Positions 8,226 to 17,237 of a stretch of 64,000 nucleotides of DNA are shown here, in pieces. This stretch comes from Candidatus Magasanikiibacteriota bacterium. GTDB taxonomy: Bacteria > Patescibacteriota > Patescibacteriia > Magasanikbacterales > GWA2-37-8. Positions within the stretch are counted from its first letter, which is position 1; each line of letters begins with the position of its first letter. Location: the NCBI GenBank assembly GCA_041665405.1, contig JBAYIZ010000005.1, forward strand, positions 2,513-66,512, in the 5' to 3' direction. Position numbers and translations under genes: made by a program. Below the pieces are notes generated by a model, which saw only the letters and a program-made list of their open reading frames with translations, did not search any database and had not been told where the DNA came from.

Positions 8226-8297
8226 TGCACCCATTAGGAGTCGAACCTAAATTTTCGGCTTCGCAGGCCAATGTCCTATCCATTGAACGATGGGTGC
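8226..8297 (-). tRNA. tRNA-Arg(GCG)
   Basis: Cloverleaf GCACCCA/TGGGTGC, anticodon loop CT-GCG-AA, GGTTCGACTCC T-arm; CCA not encoded. Confidence 0.93.
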
Positions 8298-8311
8298 AGG
8301 AACTTTTTCAA

Positions 8312-8815
8312 CTAAATTTTCAATATCCGCCCCATGCGTTCGCTTAACGGCTCTTCTTCTTGGTCGAGATCTTCTTCCAAATATAGAGCCAAATATTCAC
8401 GAATTGGCATCGGATCATAATCGTACAGCGGCACTTGAATACGGTGATTCAACACATTGTCTTGTGAAAAATATAGATTCTTGGTAAACGGTGGGTTGTA
8501 TATTACCCAAAAACCTGTTAGTTCACTATAGCGGTAGTATTTTTTCCCAATCACTACTCCAGTATTGGTGACGGCAAAATAGACATCCATCGGCGCTACC
8601 ATATCTTGCATGAATAAAATTATCCCAAACAAAACTGTAATTAGCGCAAACAGATAATTGCCGGCTATCACTCCATATACGGACAGGGCAATCCCGAGTC
8701 CTCCCATTATCCAATACCATTTTTGACTGCGGTCGTGCGATTCATACTCCTTCACCGTCCACTCATATTGGACTTCTCCAATATTTACTTCCTCTTTTAA
8801 AATATTTTTTGGCAT
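8312..8815 (-). CDS. hypothetical membrane protein
   Basis: Two TM helices plus soluble C-terminal domain; lies between two tRNAs. Confidence 0.75.
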   Translation of the reverse strand: MPKNILKEEVNIGEVQYEWTVKEYESHDRSQKWYWIMGGLGIALSVYGVIAGNYLFALITVLFGIILFMQDMVAPMDVYFAVTNTGVVIGKKYYRYSELTGFWVIYNPPFTKNLYFSQDNVLNHRIQVPLYDYDPMPIREYLALYLEEDLDQEEEPLSERMGRILKI

Positions 8816-8832
8816 AAAAAATTTTTAACCCG

Positions 8833-8906
8833 TGGATGATACTGGATTCGAACCAGTGACCTTTGCAATGTGAATGCAACGCTCTAACCAGCTGAGCTAA
8901 TCATCC
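8833..8906 (-). tRNA. tRNA-Val(CAC)
   Basis: GGATGAT/ATCATCC acceptor, TAGCTCAGCTGG D-arm, loop TT-CAC-AT, GGTTCGAATCC. Confidence 0.95.
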
Positions 8907-9005
8907 GTTGATTAGAGGCCATTATTACTTTAACACAAACCTAAAATAAAATCAACCCCGGACAGTTGCTTATTATCCGTTTTTGTGGTACACTTTTCCT
9001 ATTAT

Positions 9006-10499
9006 ATGTCACTGCAACAGCCAATAAATTTATTGGAACCCCAAAATTTGGAACTGGACGAACCTAAGCCAAAAAGAAGTAAACTATTTTGGCTGTTTTT
9101 TATTTTGGTCGGAATCTTGTTTATTGTTGGCTGTAATGTATATCGCAACTATTCTTTGGCAAAATGGCCCAATGAGCCAGAAAGTTATGATCTCAAGACA
9201 TTGCAACCAAAAAATACTGGCATTTTACAAACTGTGAAAAATTTTATTTTTCATTCTGACAATATCCTTGAAGGACAAAAGGATGACCGCATCAATATTT
9301 TGTTACTAGGTATTGGCGGCCCTGGTCACGATGGACCATATTTATCTGATACCAATATTATTTTGAGCATCAAACCTAGTACCAATGAAGTGGCGATGAT
9401 TTCCGTACCACGCGATCTCGGAGTGACTATTGGCGAACATGGTGTTAGAAAAATAAATTCGGCTGATTCATTTGGCGAAGCTCAGGCCCCTGGTTCGGGT
9501 GGAGAATATGCTCGCCAAATTTTTGCCAAAACTTTTGGAATCGATATCCCCTATTATGCACGTGTAGATTTTCAAGCTTTCCAAGAATTGGTGGACGAAG
9601 TTGGTGGAGTGACAGTGAATGTACCGCGCGCATTTGTAGATTACGAATTTCCTGGGCCAAATTTTTCTTATCGCACTTTGTCTTTTGATGCTGGTATGCA
9701 AGTTATGGACGGACAACGCGCGCTCGACTTTGCTCGTTCTCGCCATGGCAACAACGGCGAGGGTTCGGACTTTGCTCGTTCTCGACGTCAACAACTGATG
9801 ATCTCTGCACTCAAAGAAAAATTGTTATCTGTCGGAACTTATACCAACCCAGTACGTATTCAAAGTATTTTACAATCTTTATCTAACCACATCACTACCA
9901 ATTTGAATTTTGGTCAGATGATGTACTTGGCTAGTCTGGCCAAGGATGCTGATAAAAATTTAAAAATGTTAGTATTAGATAATTCTGAAACTGGATTTTT
10001 GAAATCATACATTGCAGACAGTGGTGCTTATATCTTGGCCCCTCGTACTGGTAATTTTGATGACATCAATCTCGCTGTGGAAAATGTGTTTGATAGTACC
10101 AAGACAAAAGTTGCACAAAATTTGTCTACTGAAAACAAATCCATTTTCCCTAGCGGCAAGATTCAAATCCTAAATGGTACTTGGCGTGCCGGACTAGCTG
10201 CCAAATATCAGCTCGGATTACAAGAAAAAGGTTTTTCTACTTTACCCGCCGCCAACAGTCCCAAACGACCGATCGATGTTACTACTATATATATAGTTAA
10301 TTCCAAAATTTCGAATGATATAGTGGTAGCATTACAAAAAGAGATCGAGGCTAAAGTGGAAAAAGGTTTGCCCGCGTGGATGCAAGAAGGCAACCTAGCT
10401 ACAAATTCTACTACCGAACAAACAAACCCAAATTTGAAATTTAATACAGAAGCCGATATACTGATTATATTAGGATCGGACTTAAGTGAAAATCAATAA
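9006..10499 (+). CDS. LCP (LytR-CpsA-Psr) family protein with LytR C-terminal domain
   Basis: 'INILLLG', 'SDT', 'SVPRD', 'SDFARSRRQQ'; C-terminal 'ILNGT'. Confidence 0.92.
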   Translation: MSLQQPINLLEPQNLELDEPKPKRSKLFWLFFILVGILFIVGCNVYRNYSLAKWPNEPESYDLKTLQPKNTGILQTVKNFIFHSDNILEGQKDDRINILLLGIGGPGHDGPYLSDTNIILSIKPSTNEVAMISVPRDLGVTIGEHGVRKINSADSFGEAQAPGSGGEYARQIFAKTFGIDIPYYARVDFQAFQELVDEVGGVTVNVPRAFVDYEFPGPNFSYRTLSFDAGMQVMDGQRALDFARSRHGNNGEGSDFARSRRQQLMISALKEKLLSVGTYTNPVRIQSILQSLSNHITTNLNFGQMMYLASLAKDADKNLKMLVLDNSETGFLKSYIADSGAYILAPRTGNFDDINLAVENVFDSTKTKVAQNLSTENKSIFPSGKIQILNGTWRAGLAAKYQLGLQEKGFSTLPAANSPKRPIDVTTIYIVNSKISNDIVVALQKEIEAKVEKGLPAWMQEGNLATNSTTEQTNPNLKFNTEADILIILGSDLSENQ

Positions 10500-10500
10500 T

Positions 10501-11871
10501 ATGGCCACACTAGCAAAAATAGTGAACCTCGAACTGCCTACTATCGCCCTTGTCGGCCGTGTAAATGTAGGCAAATCTACTTTGTTCAATCGTCTCACCG
10601 AAAGTGATAAGGCGTTGGTTTCTGATATCCCTGGCACCACTCGCACTCGCAATGAAGGCAAAGCCATTTGGCGTGGCAAACATGTTCGAATTGTCGATAC
10701 TGGTGGTCTGACATTTTCTGATGACGTACCTTTGGAAAAAGAAATCATTATGCAAACCGAAGCCGCTCTCAAAGAGGCGGATGTGATAGTGTTTGTGACG
10801 GATATCAAAGACAGTCTATTGCCTCAAGAAAAAGAACTAGCCAAATTGCTTTTACAAAAAAAGAAAAATTGCCCAGTGATTTTGGTAGCCAACAAAGCAG
10901 ACAGTCCAGTAGAAAACGCCTTAAAATATGAACGTGACTGGCTCAAACTTGGACTAGGTGAACCGATCGCAATTTCTGCGCAAAACGGTTCTGGTCTAGG
11001 AGATCTAATGGAAGAAATTTTTTCACACTTAAAAAAGACTTTGAAAAAACCTCAAGTTTTGCCAGACATCGAACCTATCAAAGTTGCTCTACTTGGAAAA
11101 CCAAATGTTGGCAAATCTTCTTTGTTCAACAAACTTATCGGCGAAGACAGAGTGATAGTGAGCGATATGCCTCATACTACTCGCGAACCACATGATACGC
11201 TGGTAGAAGTAGACGGTGAACATATTTTGTTTATTGATACTGCTGGTATTCGTCGCAAAGCCAAAGTTGGTGGTTTGCTCGAACGTGTCGGCATAGGCAA
11301 AAGTATCGAAGTGATGAAACGCGCTGATATCGTTTTGTTTTTGCTAGACACTTCCTCCCCTATTACCGACCAAGATCAACAGCTAGGTGGATTGTTGCGT
11401 GAGAGTACCAAGAGTGTTATTATCGTGGTCAACAAATGGGATCTCAGTGAAGACAACACCGATTCTTTCCGCAATGATGTGAAAGAAAAAATCATGAAAT
11501 ATTTTCCACATATTGCTTATGCGCCGATTGTGTTTGTGAGTTCCAAAACTAGTTACCGCATTCACCAATTGTTCCCTTTGATAAAACAAGCGTGGGAAGA
11601 AAGACATACCGAACTTTCTGAAGAGGTTTGCGAAGAATTTATTCGCCATGTCACCAAAGATCATTTGCCATCTCGTGGCAAAGGTGTAAATCATCCAAAA
11701 ATTTTGGGCTTCCGTCAGATCAATGTTAACCCACCGATTTTTGAATTGTTTATCAAATACAAAACTTCTTTGAACATGTCTTATGTTCACTACCTAGAAA
11801 ATCGTTTGCGTGATCAGTTTAGTTTTTTTGCAGCTCCGATTGTTATTAAGTTAACTAAAACTAGAAGATAA
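10501..11871 (+). CDS. der: ribosome biogenesis GTPase Der/EngA
   Basis: Two GTPase domains (GRVNVGKS, GKPNVGKS; DTGG, DTAG; NKAD, NKWD). Confidence 0.96.
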   Translation: MATLAKIVNLELPTIALVGRVNVGKSTLFNRLTESDKALVSDIPGTTRTRNEGKAIWRGKHVRIVDTGGLTFSDDVPLEKEIIMQTEAALKEADVIVFVTDIKDSLLPQEKELAKLLLQKKKNCPVILVANKADSPVENALKYERDWLKLGLGEPIAISAQNGSGLGDLMEEIFSHLKKTLKKPQVLPDIEPIKVALLGKPNVGKSSLFNKLIGEDRVIVSDMPHTTREPHDTLVEVDGEHILFIDTAGIRRKAKVGGLLERVGIGKSIEVMKRADIVLFLLDTSSPITDQDQQLGGLLRESTKSVIIVVNKWDLSEDNTDSFRNDVKEKIMKYFPHIAYAPIVFVSSKTSYRIHQLFPLIKQAWEERHTELSEEVCEEFIRHVTKDHLPSRGKGVNHPKILGFRQINVNPPIFELFIKYKTSLNMSYVHYLENRLRDQFSFFAAPIVIKLTKTRR

Positions 11872-11886
11872 AATTTTCTCTAAAGA

Positions 11887-12015
11887 TTGACGCCTCACAG
11901 ATATGAATTTTCTTGCGCTCAGACTAGCACCGAATTGTGGGTTTTACAGACAGCCATATTTAGTTCTCGGTGCTTCGGACAGTTCGCGCGGCGAAAATTA
12001 ATATCTGTTCGGCTT
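11887..12015 (+). ncRNA. 129-nt structured intergenic element copy 1
   Basis: Homologous to reverse complement of 53138-53266 with compensatory changes in a long interrupted hairpin. Confidence 0.7.
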
Positions 12016-12030
12016 ACTTTATTATATTTT

Positions 12031-12576
12031 ATGAAATTAATCATTGGACTTGGAAATCCAGGAAAAGAATTTGAATATACTCGGCATAATGCTGGGTGGT
12101 TGGCTTTGGACAAATTAATTGAATCTGAAAAATTGACTTCCAAAAAATCTTCCAAATTACAGGCGGAAATTTCGGATTTTAAAGTTGGACGCAACAAAGT
12201 AATTTTGGCCAAGCCACAAACCTTCATGAACAATTCTGGTACTGCAGTCCATACCATGATAAATTATTATCGCCTCACTGCCAAAGATATAGTGGTGGTA
12301 CATGATGATAAAGATATCCCTACAGGTGAAATTCGTGTGCAGACCAACCGTGGGCCAGCTGGACACAATGGGATCAAATCAATTATTGAACAAATCGGCA
12401 CTCAAGATTTTACTCGCATTCGCATTGGCGTCGGTCCAACCCCAGACTCAAAAGAAAAAATCGACGTCATCAGTAATTTTGTCTTAAACAAATTCTCCAA
12501 GGAGGAGATTAAAATCTTACAGACTGCATTGGACAATGCGGTGACTGAGATAAAAAGATTATCAGCCGTTGAATAA
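12031..12576 (+). CDS. pth: peptidyl-tRNA hydrolase
   Basis: 'GLGNPG', 'TRHNAG', 'KPQTFMN', 'GHNG'. Confidence 0.96.
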   Translation: MKLIIGLGNPGKEFEYTRHNAGWLALDKLIESEKLTSKKSSKLQAEISDFKVGRNKVILAKPQTFMNNSGTAVHTMINYYRLTAKDIVVVHDDKDIPTGEIRVQTNRGPAGHNGIKSIIEQIGTQDFTRIRIGVGPTPDSKEKIDVISNFVLNKFSKEEIKILQTALDNAVTEIKRLSAVE

Positions 12577-12586
12577 TTTTTAATCT

Positions 12587-13666
12587 GTGAACTACCAAGT
12601 TCTTTTGGCGCACTTCCCCAAAATTACTTATGCGCGTTATACTCGACTTAAAGCGCGTTTTTTTGATTTTAAGGATTTGTGGCAAGCGGAGTTGGACGAA
12701 ATAGTGAAAGCCGGTATCGAAGAAAATATTGCATTTGAATTTTTAACTTGGAAAGATACTAATCCGGCTGAAAAAATTTTTGAACGATTAGAAAAAGAGG
12801 ATATCAAAACTACATGTCTAGGCGAACCAGATTATCCGACATTATTATCTCAAATCTCCGATCCACCACATACTTTATTTTATCGTGGACAACTTCCTCC
12901 AGACGAACAACCAAGCTTAGCGGTGGTAGGCACGCGACGAATTACCAGTTATGGAAAAATGGTTTGTGAAGATTTGGTTGGACCGCTGGCCGCGCAAGGA
13001 ATTGTGATTGTTAGCGGATTGGCATTGGGTATTGATGGTGTCGCCCACTCAGCCACATTGAATGTACATGGTACTACCGTGGCAGTTTTGGGAACAGGTA
13101 TAAACAAACAAAATGTTTATCCTGATGCTCACAAAATTTTGGCACAAAAAATTATTGATAATGGTGGTGCGATATTGTCTGAATATCCACCCGGATTTTT
13201 GCCGACTCAATATTCTTTTCCGGCACGCAATCGGATTATCGCCGGTCTTACTTTGGGTACTCTAGTTATTGAAGCTCCAATTAAATCTGGTGCTCTGATC
13301 ACCACTCGCTGTGCTTTAGATTATAATCGTGAAGTATTGGCGGTGCCACACGCGCTCACTTCTCCCACTGGTGCAGGGCCGAATAATTTAATAAAACAAG
13401 GTGCAAAATTGGTGACGGAACCAAATGATGTTTTGGAAGCATTAAATCTACAATCAATAAAACAAACTACACCCACAAAAAAATTGGTTGGCGCCAATCC
13501 GACTGAAGAAAAAATTATTCATCTGCTGACCAAGGAACCAAAAAATATTAATCAGATAATTTTGGAAAGCCAGCTAGATAGCCCAACGGCGAGTTCCACT
13601 TTGGTGCTGATGGAAATCAAGGGATTGATAAAAAATTTAGGCGGGATGAATTATGTGAGGAAATAA
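12587..13666 (+). CDS. dprA: DNA-processing protein DprA
   Basis: 'VVGTR', 'SGLALGID', 'FPARNRII', C-terminal winged helix. Confidence 0.95.
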   Translation: MNYQVLLAHFPKITYARYTRLKARFFDFKDLWQAELDEIVKAGIEENIAFEFLTWKDTNPAEKIFERLEKEDIKTTCLGEPDYPTLLSQISDPPHTLFYRGQLPPDEQPSLAVVGTRRITSYGKMVCEDLVGPLAAQGIVIVSGLALGIDGVAHSATLNVHGTTVAVLGTGINKQNVYPDAHKILAQKIIDNGGAILSEYPPGFLPTQYSFPARNRIIAGLTLGTLVIEAPIKSGALITTRCALDYNREVLAVPHALTSPTGAGPNNLIKQGAKLVTEPNDVLEALNLQSIKQTTPTKKLVGANPTEEKIIHLLTKEPKNINQIILESQLDSPTASSTLVLMEIKGLIKNLGGMNYVRK

Positions 13667-13691
13667 AAAACAGCCATGATGGCTGTTTTTT
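13665..13691. terminator. bidirectional intrinsic terminator
   Basis: AAAAAACAGCCA-TGA-TGGCTGTTTTTT between convergent genes. Confidence 0.8.
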
Positions 13692-13699
13692 CAATATTT

Positions 13700-14434
13700 T
13701 TATTCAGTTATTTTTACGCTTTCACATAATACTTTCACTACTTTTACTTTGTCTGGATTTTTTTTATCAGGAACAACTAATGGTGTAAATTCTACTCTAA
13801 CAACTCTTTTATCATTAGGTCTATTAGATACAGGCACCTCTATGGTTTGTTTTTCTCCTTTTTTTGCCCCTGAAAATCCAGCATATTCCATTTTTCCACC
13901 AACTTCCCCCATCATTACTAGACTACCACTACCTAAAAGCATTTCTAAGTGTTGTTGGACGCTAATGGCTTGAGCTTCTACACTATTTGAAGGAGATTTT
14001 TTGATCAAAAATCCTCTTTGGCCTGGCGCTCGATTTGGGTCGTTCTTATTAATAGTCGCCAAATAGTCTCTAACTATTTCTCTGGTCATCAATTCAACTA
14101 CAGTCGAAGACTTTTTGTCTTGAAACAATTCAATAAGTTTGTCGTTTAGAGCATCTTCAATATTTTTCCTTCTGGTTATTTCCGGCGATACAGATTCGAT
14201 TGGTTGTTCTTTTGTAGTTTGCGCAACATCTCCACTGCTAGGTACGGCCTCAGGAATAACAAATTTTTTACCTTCTGACATATAATATCTCTCTCCGTTC
14301 GGATCTTCTATAATATCGGCCACAATCATATCATCTCCATTTTCTGAAGCTAATATACTAACTCCACCATCAACTGGAGCCTTCCAATCTTTATACCCTG
14401 ATTTATCTCCTCCATTTTTAATATCTGCATTCAT
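13700..14434 (-). CDS. hypothetical protein
   Basis: Long ORF, ATG at 14434; inserted antisense between dprA and topA. Confidence 0.65.
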   Translation of the reverse strand: MNADIKNGGDKSGYKDWKAPVDGGVSILASENGDDMIVADIIEDPNGERYYMSEGKKFVIPEAVPSSGDVAQTTKEQPIESVSPEITRRKNIEDALNDKLIELFQDKKSSTVVELMTREIVRDYLATINKNDPNRAPGQRGFLIKKSPSNSVEAQAISVQQHLEMLLGSGSLVMMGEVGGKMEYAGFSGAKKGEKQTIEVPVSNRPNDKRVVRVEFTPLVVPDKKNPDKVKVVKVLCESVKITE

Positions 14435-14580
14435 AATATATTCTTTAGTTGTGGTTAAAAAACTGCAAAATCTATGTTTAAATACTAACACAAAACCCCG
14501 TGTTTAATCAACCCCACAAAAACCATAAAATTGACAAAACGGTAAAAATCCTTTATCTTAAGGAGGAAAATAAAAAAATT

Positions 14581-16635
14581 ATGTCAAAACTTGTTATCGT
14601 AGAGTCACCTGCCAAAGCCAAAACCATTTCCAAATTCTTGGGCAAAAATTTTGTCGTCAAGTCTTCTTTTGGTCATGTGCGTGATCTCCCAAAGAGTAAA
14701 ATGGGTATTGATATTGAACACAATTTTGAACCACAATATATCAATAGCAGAGACAAAAGCAAAGTTATCAAAGAACTAAAAGAAGCCGCAAAGAAAAATA
14801 AAGAGATCCTATTCGCTACCGATGAGGACCGTGAAGGAGAAGCTATTTCTTGGCATTTGGCGCAAGTTTTGGGCGTAGATCCAGCTGTTGCCCAGCGTAT
14901 TGCGTTTCATGAAATTACCAAAACTGCCATCGAACATGCTATCGCCAATCCTCGTGCACTAGATCTAAAGATGGTAGACGCTCAACAAGCTCGTCGTATT
15001 TTGGATAGATTGGTAGGTTATGAACTCTCGCCATTTTTGTGGCGCAAAGTGGCCAAAGGATTGTCCGCCGGCCGTGTACAAAGTGTGGCGATGCGATTGA
15101 CCGTCGAACGTGAACGAGAAATTTTGGCTTTCAAACCAGAAGAGTATTGGTCTGTCGAAGGTGTTTTTGAAAATAAAGAAAAAATAAGTTTCAATACTAA
15201 ACTACTATCCACTCCAGAAAAAAAGTTGGACAAATTAGATATTAAAAATAAAGAAACTGCTGATAAAATTCTTGCGGATTTAGCTGGTGTTTCCTATACC
15301 GTCAACGCAGTTGAAAAGAAAAATAGCAAACGCAACCCTCCCCCACCTTTTACTACTTCTACTTTACAACAAGATGCCAACAATCGCCTTGGTTTTTCTG
15401 CCAAACAAACTATGCGCTTGGCTCAACAACTTTATGAGGGTATGGAACTTGGTTCAGAAGGTTCACATGGTTTGATTACATATATGCGTACCGATTCGGT
15501 AAATTTGTCAGAGAAATTTTTGACAGACGCTCATGCTGTGATTGGTGAAGAATTTGGTAAAAAATATAATATCGAAAAACCACGCGCCTATACCAACAAA
15601 AGTAAAAACGCTCAGGAAGCTCACGAAGCTATTCGTCCAACTGAAGCCAAAAGAACTCCAGCATTGGTGGAACCATTTTTGGAAAAAAATCAATTCAAGC
15701 TATATGAACTGATTTGGTGTCGTGCGATGGGAACACAGATGGCCGCCGCCGAAGTTGCCTCTACTGGTGCCAATATTATTTCTACCAACAACTATACTTT
15801 CCGAGCTACTGGTCAGACTATTGTCTTTGACGGTTTCTTGAAATTGTACCCAGATAAAAATAAAGACAACGCTTTACCAAATTTGATCAATGGCGAAAAT
15901 GTAAATTGCCAAGAAATCAAAACCGAGCAACACAGCACTGAACCACCAGCTCGCTATAATGATGCTTCCCTAGTTAAGGCTTTGGAAGAATACGGCATCG
16001 GTCGTCCTTCTACTTATGCCCCAACTATAGCTACTATTGAAGACCGTGGTTATGTGGAACGCGACGAAAAGAAACGTCTCAAACCACGTGAAGTGGCCTT
16101 TGTGGTAAACGATTTATTAGTAAAACATTTTCCAAACATTGTTGATTTTTCTTTCACCGCTCAAATGGAAGAAAACTTCGACAGTATCGCTCGCGGTGAA
16201 AAACAATGGCAACCAGTAATCGCCGATTTTTATCATCCTTTCAAAGAAAATTTGGTATTAATGAATAAAGAAATTCCAGATAAAGAAAAAATTCCAGATG
16301 AAACCACAGATGAGGTTTGCGAAAACTGCGGCAAACCTATGGTGATAAAAACTGGTCGCTTTGGAAAATTCATGGCCTGCACTGGATACCCAGAATGTAA
16401 AACAACCAAGAATATTGCCAACCTCACTGGCATCAAATGTCCAAAATGTCTCGAAGGAGATCTGGCGCAGCGTCGCAGTAAACGCGGTAAAGTTTTTTAT
16501 GGATGCAATCGTTATCCAAAATGCGACTTTGCGCTTTGGGACAAACCTACTGGCGACAAATGTGAGAAATGTGGTTCGATGATGACTCAAACTTTCAAAG
16601 GCGAAGTAAAATGTTCCAATAAGGAGTGCAAATAA
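14581..16635 (+). CDS. topA: DNA topoisomerase I
   Basis: 'VIVESPAKA', 'DEDREGE', 'ITYMRTDS', C-terminal C4 zinc ribbons. Confidence 0.97.
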   Translation: MSKLVIVESPAKAKTISKFLGKNFVVKSSFGHVRDLPKSKMGIDIEHNFEPQYINSRDKSKVIKELKEAAKKNKEILFATDEDREGEAISWHLAQVLGVDPAVAQRIAFHEITKTAIEHAIANPRALDLKMVDAQQARRILDRLVGYELSPFLWRKVAKGLSAGRVQSVAMRLTVEREREILAFKPEEYWSVEGVFENKEKISFNTKLLSTPEKKLDKLDIKNKETADKILADLAGVSYTVNAVEKKNSKRNPPPPFTTSTLQQDANNRLGFSAKQTMRLAQQLYEGMELGSEGSHGLITYMRTDSVNLSEKFLTDAHAVIGEEFGKKYNIEKPRAYTNKSKNAQEAHEAIRPTEAKRTPALVEPFLEKNQFKLYELIWCRAMGTQMAAAEVASTGANIISTNNYTFRATGQTIVFDGFLKLYPDKNKDNALPNLINGENVNCQEIKTEQHSTEPPARYNDASLVKALEEYGIGRPSTYAPTIATIEDRGYVERDEKKRLKPREVAFVVNDLLVKHFPNIVDFSFTAQMEENFDSIARGEKQWQPVIADFYHPFKENLVLMNKEIPDKEKIPDETTDEVCENCGKPMVIKTGRFGKFMACTGYPECKTTKNIANLTGIKCPKCLEGDLAQRRSKRGKVFYGCNRYPKCDFALWDKPTGDKCEKCGSMMTQTFKGEVKCSNKECK

Positions 16636-16636
16636 T

Positions 16637-17122
16637 ATGTGGGCGGATTGGAAAATAAAACTTGGAGCTTCAAATAACCAACGCATTATTGGCGTGGTTA
16701 TTTTTTATTTTTTAATAACTTTTATCATTTCACGTTTGATGGTCTATTTGGTAATCGGCAAATGGTTACCAAACTTTTTTCTGACTATTCGTGGTGTACA
16801 TATTCACCATTTTACTTATGGTGTTATCATTTTGGTTTTGATTGGACTCTATCTCATCCTCCGTCGTCCAGATGCTGAATCTGAAATTTTCAAAATCTGT
16901 ACGGCGATTTATGGTATCGGTCTCGGTCTAACCTTTGATGAATTTGGTATGTGGGTAAGACTAGAAGATGAATACTGGATTCGCCAAAGCTATGATGCCA
17001 TAATTATTATATTACTTATACTTCTAAATATTGCCTATTACCGCCAGGTGTTATTCGGCGTCCGCGAAGTGGGCAAGCTCTTCAAAAAAATATTTATTCG
17101 TCTGTTCTCTATGGGTGGATAG
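16637..17122 (+). CDS. hypothetical integral membrane protein
   Basis: Four hydrophobic segments; 'HIHHF', 'GLTFDEF'. Confidence 0.7.
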   Translation: MWADWKIKLGASNNQRIIGVVIFYFLITFIISRLMVYLVIGKWLPNFFLTIRGVHIHHFTYGVIILVLIGLYLILRRPDAESEIFKICTAIYGIGLGLTFDEFGMWVRLEDEYWIRQSYDAIIIILLILLNIAYYRQVLFGVREVGKLFKKIFIRLFSMGG

Positions 17123-17165
17123 TTGACAAAAATCCTATTTTAAGCTATAAATAAAGTATATTAAC

Positions 17166-17200
17166 GGTGGGATCTCGACCACTCGAGAGTTTGTACCACT
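17166..17200 (+). promoter_or_regulatory. putative L1 autoregulatory leader
   Basis: GGTGGGA...ACCAC stem resembling L1-binding mRNA site, between a TTGACA-N17-TATAAA promoter and rplA. Confidence 0.55.
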
Positions 17201-17237
17201 AGTCTCGTTCGCCTCGGCGGATGTGATAAAAAATAGT

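Noticed and set aside
11887-12015. 129-nt element as 6S or SRP RNA
   Set aside because: Shorter than typical 6S, lacks the SRP GGAA tetraloop motif, and occurs as two diverged intra-operon copies; not excluded without a covariance search.
11887-12030. 48-aa N-terminal extension of Pth
   Set aside because: The open frame runs through the structured element; the canonical start MKLIIGLGNPG is at 12031.
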